Positions 50,506-56,105 of a stretch of DNA of 56,105 nt are shown one piece after another. Origin of the DNA: a virus (lineage: Duplodnaviria > Caudoviricetes); IMG/VR virus record IMGVR_UViG_3300005613_002598, positions 1 to 56,105 of that record. One strand, given 5' to 3'. The notes under the pieces are model-generated. The model was not told the origin of the DNA. It ran no database searches and was given only the letters and a program-made list of their open reading frames with translations. Position 1 is the first letter of the stretch; every line of letters starts with the position of its first letter. A program made the position numbers and the translations under genes.

Positions 50506-51204
50506 ATGGATTTGGAAAAACTTAAATTAGCATCAAAAGAAAAATACGGAAGTCAGTTTGGTGAAACTGGAGTTATTGATTCGATTTTTAATCAATTAGA
50601 GATTATTCCAAAGTATTGTGTAGAATTTGGGTCAGGTCAAGTACGAAAAGGTGGTGGAACTGCAAATATCAGACACTTTTATGATAAATATAATACAGAA
50701 TGTTTGTATTTTGAAGTAAATGCTGGAAAAATAACGCTAAGCGATGAAAAGTATAGACACCAAATTAAAATAGAAACTATTACTGCAAGTAATGTAAATG
50801 ATATTTTTAAAAAATACAATGTACCTTCTAATTTAGATGTAGTAGTAATTGATGTAGATGGTCAAGATTATTGGATTTGGAAAAATTTAGAATATAATCC
50901 AAATATTGTATTAATTGAATTTAATCCAACTCTTCCGTATACCGAAAGTAAGGTTATGCATTACGATGAGAATCATTGGTCTTGGAGAAACTCTAAATGT
51001 TTATATTATGGTGCTTCTATTACAGCTATGAAAAAGTTGGGTGAAGAAAAAGGATACTCTCTTGTTTATAAAACTGAAAGAAATTTGGTTTTTGTAAAAA
51101 AAGATTTAGTAGATGTTGACATTCCATTGGAAATTCTACACCCAACACCTTTAGCAGATTTTAGAAATAAATACATAAGTAAGCAACAATGGGTAAATGT
51201 ATAG
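50506..51204 (+). CDS. FkbM-like methyltransferase
   Basis: SQFGETGVI, CVEFGS, IDVDGQDYWIW, IEFNP, YGASITAM..GY. Confidence 0.7.
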   Translation: MDLEKLKLASKEKYGSQFGETGVIDSIFNQLEIIPKYCVEFGSGQVRKGGGTANIRHFYDKYNTECLYFEVNAGKITLSDEKYRHQIKIETITASNVNDIFKKYNVPSNLDVVVIDVDGQDYWIWKNLEYNPNIVLIEFNPTLPYTESKVMHYDENHWSWRNSKCLYYGASITAMKKLGEEKGYSLVYKTERNLVFVKKDLVDVDIPLEILHPTPLADFRNKYISKQQWVNV

Positions 51205-52112
51205 CAGTAATAACACCAATAAAACACCTTAATGGTGTGTATGAACTACTTCAAACAAAAGGTGAAGTTTTTATGTTGGAAGAGGGTGATATAAATGAAG
51301 TCAAAGAACTTCTTGTAAAAGAGAATATTGATACTATATTTTGCAATCCAAATCAACAAACCTATAAGATTGATAAAGAATTGTTAGATGGTACTAATGT
51401 AACACTTATTAATACTTGCTCAACTGGTATGAATCATATAGATGTTGAATATTGCAAATCATCTGGTATAGAAATATATTCTCTTACTAATGATTATGAA
51501 CTTATTAACGAATTACCATCGACTTCTGAACTTGCGTTTGGGTTACTTATTAATTTGATGAGAAATATCACAATGTCAAACAATGTGACCAAACGAGATA
51601 AAAGTTGGGACTACCTGCCATTCGTAGGTCAGCAAATGAAAGACTTTAAAGTAGGTATTATTGGGTATGGTAGATTGGGTAAAATGATGGCTAAGTTCTG
51701 TAGAGCGTTTGATGCTGATGTTTACATATACGACCCATACTCAGATGAATCCAACATCGATTCATTGGAAGAGTTGTTTGATATATGTGATGCAGTATCA
51801 CTACACGTTCATGTTTCAGATGAAACAAAGTATATGATTGATTATCAACTGCTTTCTCGTAATGTAAAGTTTTTGGTGAATACATCTCGTGGTGAGATTG
51901 TTAATGAGAGTGATGTGATTCGTGCATTAAAGGAATGTAAACTGTGGGGGTATGGAACTGATGTGATTGAAGATGAATTTGGAAATATTGAAAATTCACC
52001 ATTCTTTAATTTGGAAAATTCAAAATTAAATTGTATATTTACACCACATATTGGTGGTATGACTATACAAGGGCAAACCAAAGCATATAAATGGGCAGTA
52101 AATAAATTATGA
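51189..52112 (+). CDS. D-isomer-specific 2-hydroxyacid dehydrogenase
   Basis: TGMNHID, GIIGYGRLG, YDP, SLHV, VNTSRGEIV, DVIEDE, TPHIGG. Confidence 0.9.
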   Translation: MGKCIAVITPIKHLNGVYELLQTKGEVFMLEEGDINEVKELLVKENIDTIFCNPNQQTYKIDKELLDGTNVTLINTCSTGMNHIDVEYCKSSGIEIYSLTNDYELINELPSTSELAFGLLINLMRNITMSNNVTKRDKSWDYLPFVGQQMKDFKVGIIGYGRLGKMMAKFCRAFDADVYIYDPYSDESNIDSLEELFDICDAVSLHVHVSDETKYMIDYQLLSRNVKFLVNTSRGEIVNESDVIRALKECKLWGYGTDVIEDEFGNIENSPFFNLENSKLNCIFTPHIGGMTIQGQTKAYKWAVNKL

Positions 52113-52642
52113 GAGTATTAGTAATAATACCAGCAAAGCTGGATTCGAAACGGTTGAAGAACAAAAATATTAGAGAGATTGGTGGTATACCTATGTTTTT
52201 ACATTCGGTTGATTATGCAAATGCGAGTAAATATAATGTAGATGTCATCGTATCATCCGAAAGTGATATTGTTGAAGAGATTTGTAATCAGAATGATGTG
52301 GTATTCCACAAAAGACCTATAGATTTATGTGGTGATGTTGAAGTCGTAGATGTTTACGAATATGTAATCAGTCAAATTAGTGATGAGTATGAGCTTGTGG
52401 TTGGATTACAACCTGATAATCCAAATAGAACACATACATTAGATGAATGCATCAATTATATGATTGATAACAACTATGATGATTTGGTTACTGTAAACCC
52501 ATCATATAAGAGAAGTGGTTCAGTTCGTATATTTAAATATAAATATCTTAAATCAGGTCAAATAAGTAAAAGATTGGGTTGTATCAAAGATGGTGCTACC
52601 GATATACATTATGAATCAGATTTAAAAAGTTTAAAAGAATAA
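52109..52642 (+). CDS. neuA: Acylneuraminate / nonulosonate cytidylyltransferase (short)
   Basis: IIPAKLDSKRLKNKNI, VIVSSES, RP.DL, LQPDNP.R, DIHYESD. Confidence 0.8.
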   Translation: MRVLVIIPAKLDSKRLKNKNIREIGGIPMFLHSVDYANASKYNVDVIVSSESDIVEEICNQNDVVFHKRPIDLCGDVEVVDVYEYVISQISDEYELVVGLQPDNPNRTHTLDECINYMIDNNYDDLVTVNPSYKRSGSVRIFKYKYLKSGQISKRLGCIKDGATDIHYESDLKSLKE

Positions 52643-52644
52643 GT

Positions 52645-53232
52645 ATGGAAACTGTAAAAAAGTATAGTGCCTTAAAAGCTAAGGCGGTTATGGAGATAAA
52701 GCAGATAAAAGAAGTATGGGGTAAATCAACCCCACTAATCGCAGATATAGGTGCAAATATAGGATACTACACAGAGGCATTTTCAGAGATATTTTCGGAT
52801 AGTGAAATACATTCATACGAACCCCATCCATATAACTTACAATACCTTACAAAGTTAAGTAGTAATCTAATCAATATACATACCTATAGATTATTCGATA
52901 CCAATACTAAACTAAGAATTGGTGTACCTGAAAGTAGAAAGAATAATAATGGGTTGTTCAGTATCCACCATACTACAAATGGCGTTGAGGTAGATTTAAA
53001 AAATGCAAATGGTGAAAAGATTAGACCCGATATTGTAAAGATTGATGTAGAGGGGTCTGAACCACAAGTATTAAGCTGCACTGATTTCTTTAAGAATGCA
53101 AAGTTGATACTTATTGAAATTGTTGTTGATGATAATTTTAATAATAATGATGATGTAGTATCTAAATTAAAATCAATGGGTTTCAAATATAAAACAAACA
53201 CAAGTAAAAACAACGAATTATGGTTAAGGTAA
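52645..53232 (+). CDS. FkbM family methyltransferase
   Basis: DIGANIGYY, SYEPHP, VKIDVEGSE. Confidence 0.85.
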   Translation: METVKKYSALKAKAVMEIKQIKEVWGKSTPLIADIGANIGYYTEAFSEIFSDSEIHSYEPHPYNLQYLTKLSSNLINIHTYRLFDTNTKLRIGVPESRKNNNGLFSIHHTTNGVEVDLKNANGEKIRPDIVKIDVEGSEPQVLSCTDFFKNAKLILIEIVVDDNFNNNDDVVSKLKSMGFKYKTNTSKNNELWLR

Positions 53233-54020
53233 TTGCAGAAATAGGATGGAATCATTGTGGTGATATGGAACTTGCCAAAGAGATGATTTTAGCAGCAAAA
53301 GAAAGTGGGGCAACTTACGCAAAGTTTCAAAGTTGGTCGGTTAGTAGACTCAAACCAGGTGCTTGGGATACTGATGGTCGTAGAGAGATTTATGAGAAAG
53401 CAGAACTTACAAGAGAAAGACATATTGAATTAATCAACTATTGTAATGAAGTTGGTATCAAATTTATGTCAAGTGTATTCAGTATAAAAGATGCAGAACT
53501 TCTTGTTGAGTTGGGTATTGAAGATGTAAAGATTCCAAGCTTCGAATCTCGTAATCACAAATTAATTAAGTATTGTGATGAGAATTTTAAAACTGTATTT
53601 ATGTCAACGGGAACATCTACCTTATCTGAAATTGAAGATAGTGTAAAGTATATCAGATATTGTGATTTTTACTTGTTACATTGTGTATCAACATATCCAT
53701 GCAACCCATCTATGGCAAATCTTCCTCGAATGGGAATGTTGCAAAAATTGGGATTCCCCATTGGATATTCAGACCACATTCAAGGAGTTGAATCCGCTAA
53801 AGTAGCAATTGGTAAGGGTGCGGTTGTAATTGAAAAACATTTTACAACTGATAATGAGTTACCAGGCCGTGATAATAAGTTCGCAGTATTACCATATGAA
53901 ATGAAAAATTTAACTGATTATATAAAAATGATTGATGATATGATGATTTCACATGGTAGTAATTTTCAACAATCTGAGATGGATTCAAGAAATAATTATA
54001 CAGGGAGGTTTGATGGATAA
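53220..54020 (+). CDS. neuB: N-acetylneuraminate / nonulosonate synthase, lacking the C-terminal SAF domain
   Basis: IAEIGWNHCGD, AKFQ, KIPS, MSTG, LLHCVSTYP, GYSDH, IEKHFT. Confidence 0.9.
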   Translation: MVKVIAEIGWNHCGDMELAKEMILAAKESGATYAKFQSWSVSRLKPGAWDTDGRREIYEKAELTRERHIELINYCNEVGIKFMSSVFSIKDAELLVELGIEDVKIPSFESRNHKLIKYCDENFKTVFMSTGTSTLSEIEDSVKYIRYCDFYLLHCVSTYPCNPSMANLPRMGMLQKLGFPIGYSDHIQGVESAKVAIGKGAVVIEKHFTTDNELPGRDNKFAVLPYEMKNLTDYIKMIDDMMISHGSNFQQSEMDSRNNYTGRFDG

Positions 54021-54654
54021 TGTAAGTGTAATCATACGGAATCATAATGAAAAAGAATACATTGGATTTGCTATTCAATCTGTATTAGATTATATACCAA
54101 ATTCAGAAATATTAATAATTGATGATAATTCGACAGATGATTCATTGGAAGTTGTAAGGTTATTCAACAATATTGGTAATATTAAAATACATAAGATTGA
54201 TGATTATACACCTGGAAAAGCAATAAACTACGGAGTTAATCTATCGAAAAACAATATTATATTGGTACTTTCAGCACATTCACAAATAGTTAAAATGGAT
54301 ATGGATTATGTAGTATCTAAACTAAACGAATACTCCGCAGTTTTCGGTAATCAAACACCAATATATAGAGGTAAGAAAATTACAAAACGATATATTTGGT
54401 CTCATTTTAAAAATAAAAATATTGTGAATATGTATTCTGATAGTGAGCAACGACCATTTTTACATAATGCATTTTGTTTTTATAATAAAGTAGATTTAGT
54501 AGAATTACCATTCGATGAAACATTACCGGGAAAAGAAGATAGATATTGGGCAATTGATATTTTAAAAGAAGGTAAATCATATTTATATACACCCAAGATT
54601 GAGGTAAATCATTACTATACTGGTAATGGGGCAACTTGGAAAGGATTAGGATAA
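54013..54654 (+). CDS. Glycosyltransferase family 2
   Basis: VSVIIRNHNE, IQSVL, IIDDNSTDDS, FDE..EDRYW; ATG at 54013. Confidence 0.85.
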   Translation: MDNVSVIIRNHNEKEYIGFAIQSVLDYIPNSEILIIDDNSTDDSLEVVRLFNNIGNIKIHKIDDYTPGKAINYGVNLSKNNIILVLSAHSQIVKMDMDYVVSKLNEYSAVFGNQTPIYRGKKITKRYIWSHFKNKNIVNMYSDSEQRPFLHNAFCFYNKVDLVELPFDETLPGKEDRYWAIDILKEGKSYLYTPKIEVNHYYTGNGATWKGLG

Positions 54655-55493
54655 TGAAAGTATTAGTTACAGGTGGTGCAGGGTTTGTAGGAACAAACCT
54701 CATCAAACGATTATTAGAAGAAGGTCATATTGTTTACTCTTTAGATAACTATTCAACCGGTAAACGAGAAAACCATATAGAAGGGTGTACTTATTATACG
54801 AATGATATACAAAACATATTAACGTATGATGATAGATTTATGACCGTGGATGTCGTATATCACATGGCAGCTATTGCAAGAATTGGACCTTCATTTGAAA
54901 GACCTGAAGATTACATTGATACCAACTTCAATGGAACATATGAGGTAATCAAATATTGTATTAAGAATGACATTCCATTAATTTACGCAGGTTCTTCATC
55001 CAAACACAATGGAAGATTTAAAAACCCATACACATTTTCAAAAGATTTAGGAGAGGATATTATTAAGTTATACCAAACTCATTTTGGATTGAAATCATCT
55101 ATCACCCGATTCTACAATGTGTATGGTCCTAATCAACTTCTTGATGGTGGATACACCACGCTGATTGGTCGTTGGATTAACAATATCCAAAATGGAATTC
55201 AATGCGAAATCTATGGTGATGGTGAACAACGAAGGGATTTTACCCATGTTGATGATATTGTAGATGCTTTGGTTTTGATTATGGAAACACAAGCGTATGG
55301 TTATGAGTTTGAATTGGGTAGGGGTAGAAATCATTCAGTAAATGAAGTTGCAAGAATGTTTGGAATTGAACCAATTTACAAAGATGGTAAGTTAGGGGAA
55401 GCAAGACACACCTTAAACACAGATGATACTGCTAATAAAATTTTGGGTTGGAATCCAACTCATGAACTTGAAAATTATATTAAGAAACTATGA
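54654..55493 (+). CDS. NAD-dependent nucleotide-sugar epimerase/dehydratase
   Basis: VLVTGGAGFVG, LDNYSTG, HMAA, YTFSK, RFYNVYGP, GDGEQRRDFTHVDD. Confidence 0.92.
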   Translation: MKVLVTGGAGFVGTNLIKRLLEEGHIVYSLDNYSTGKRENHIEGCTYYTNDIQNILTYDDRFMTVDVVYHMAAIARIGPSFERPEDYIDTNFNGTYEVIKYCIKNDIPLIYAGSSSKHNGRFKNPYTFSKDLGEDIIKLYQTHFGLKSSITRFYNVYGPNQLLDGGYTTLIGRWINNIQNGIQCEIYGDGEQRRDFTHVDDIVDALVLIMETQAYGYEFELGRGRNHSVNEVARMFGIEPIYKDGKLGEARHTLNTDDTANKILGWNPTHELENYIKKL

Positions 55494-56105
55494 AGTATTT
55501 TGTATGGCATGGTAGGGGTTCAAAGTGTGTAGAGCACTATAAATCCTTATCTAATAAAAGTTACAATAACACAAAATGTATTGTTGTTAGTGCAAAAAAT
55601 AAAGGAGAATTATCACCAAAAGATAAAACTTTTAATGATAAAACTTGGTTAGAAAATTATTGCGATTTATTAGGTATAAATCATATATCCTTGATAATGG
55701 ATACCGATTATCATAACACAGCGTATGTATCTAAAATAAAATATTTTTACGAATATCTTTTAAATTGCCAATATGAATATGCACTGGTTTCAGATTCAAC
55801 CGACTGTGTTATAGTTAAAAATCCAGATGATGCTATATCATTATTAGATAAATATGAATGTGATATATTATACGGAACTAGCAGATTTCACGATTGGGTT
55901 GATTTTACTATGCCCGAACGAGCTAACTTTTGTGTAAAATTATATAAAAATGTTTCAGTAAATACTGGCGTTTGTTTGGCTAGAGTAGATACACTTTTAA
56001 AATTATATGAACGGGTTTTAGAATATGCGGATGACACTATAAGTGCGTCTGACTATCATAAAATTTATAGAAGCAATAATGGTTACAGAAATTGGTCTAA
56101 AGAGC
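55490..56105 (+). CDS. Partial GT-A-like glycosyltransferase (PLOD-type GT domain), runs off the window
   Basis: Open frame from ATG 55490: SKIKYFYEYL..YALVSDSTDCV..ILYG..VNTGVCLAR. Confidence 0.55.
   Translation, partial: MKYFVWHGRGSKCVEHYKSLSNKSYNNTKCIVVSAKNKGELSPKDKTFNDKTWLENYCDLLGINHISLIMDTDYHNTAYVSKIKYFYEYLLNCQYEYALVSDSTDCVIVKNPDDAISLLDKYECDILYGTSRFHDWVDFTMPERANFCVKLYKNVSVNTGVCLARVDTLLKLYERVLEYADDTISASDYHKIYRSNNGYRNWSKE

Overview
An AT-rich, gene-dense 56 kb segment of a large myovirus-type (distantly T4-like) dsDNA phage genome, with all credible genes on the + strand. Promoter motifs suggest a Bacteroidota host (inference). It has three blocks. (1) Tail/baseplate module, about 0.2-16.3 kb: Ser/Thr-rich virion proteins including one with an esterase domain, sheath, a free-standing endonuclease-GNAT gene, tube, a tail chaperone with a probable programmed frameshift, tape measure, and baseplate/hub genes with a lysozyme. 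(2) Replication, repair and nucleotide metabolism, about 16.4-43.4 kb: minimal PolA-like gene, UvsE, SSB, RecA/UvsX, 5'-3' exonuclease, DnaB-like helicase, class II RNR, PolB, clamp, dUTPase, clamp loader, GroES/GroEL and a Cas4-like nuclease. Both the helicase and the clamp loader are broken by naturally split inteins, and the clamp loader halves flank a free-standing endonuclease. A candidate DNA-modification cassette (two Mom-like GNATs, a ParB-like protein and a glycosyltransferase) precedes the polymerase. (3) A glycan island of more than 12 kb, from 43.4 kb to the window end, with many glycosyltransferases and methyltransferases plus NeuB, NeuA and a GT29-like sialyltransferase. All assignments are by eye from motifs; no database searches were run.
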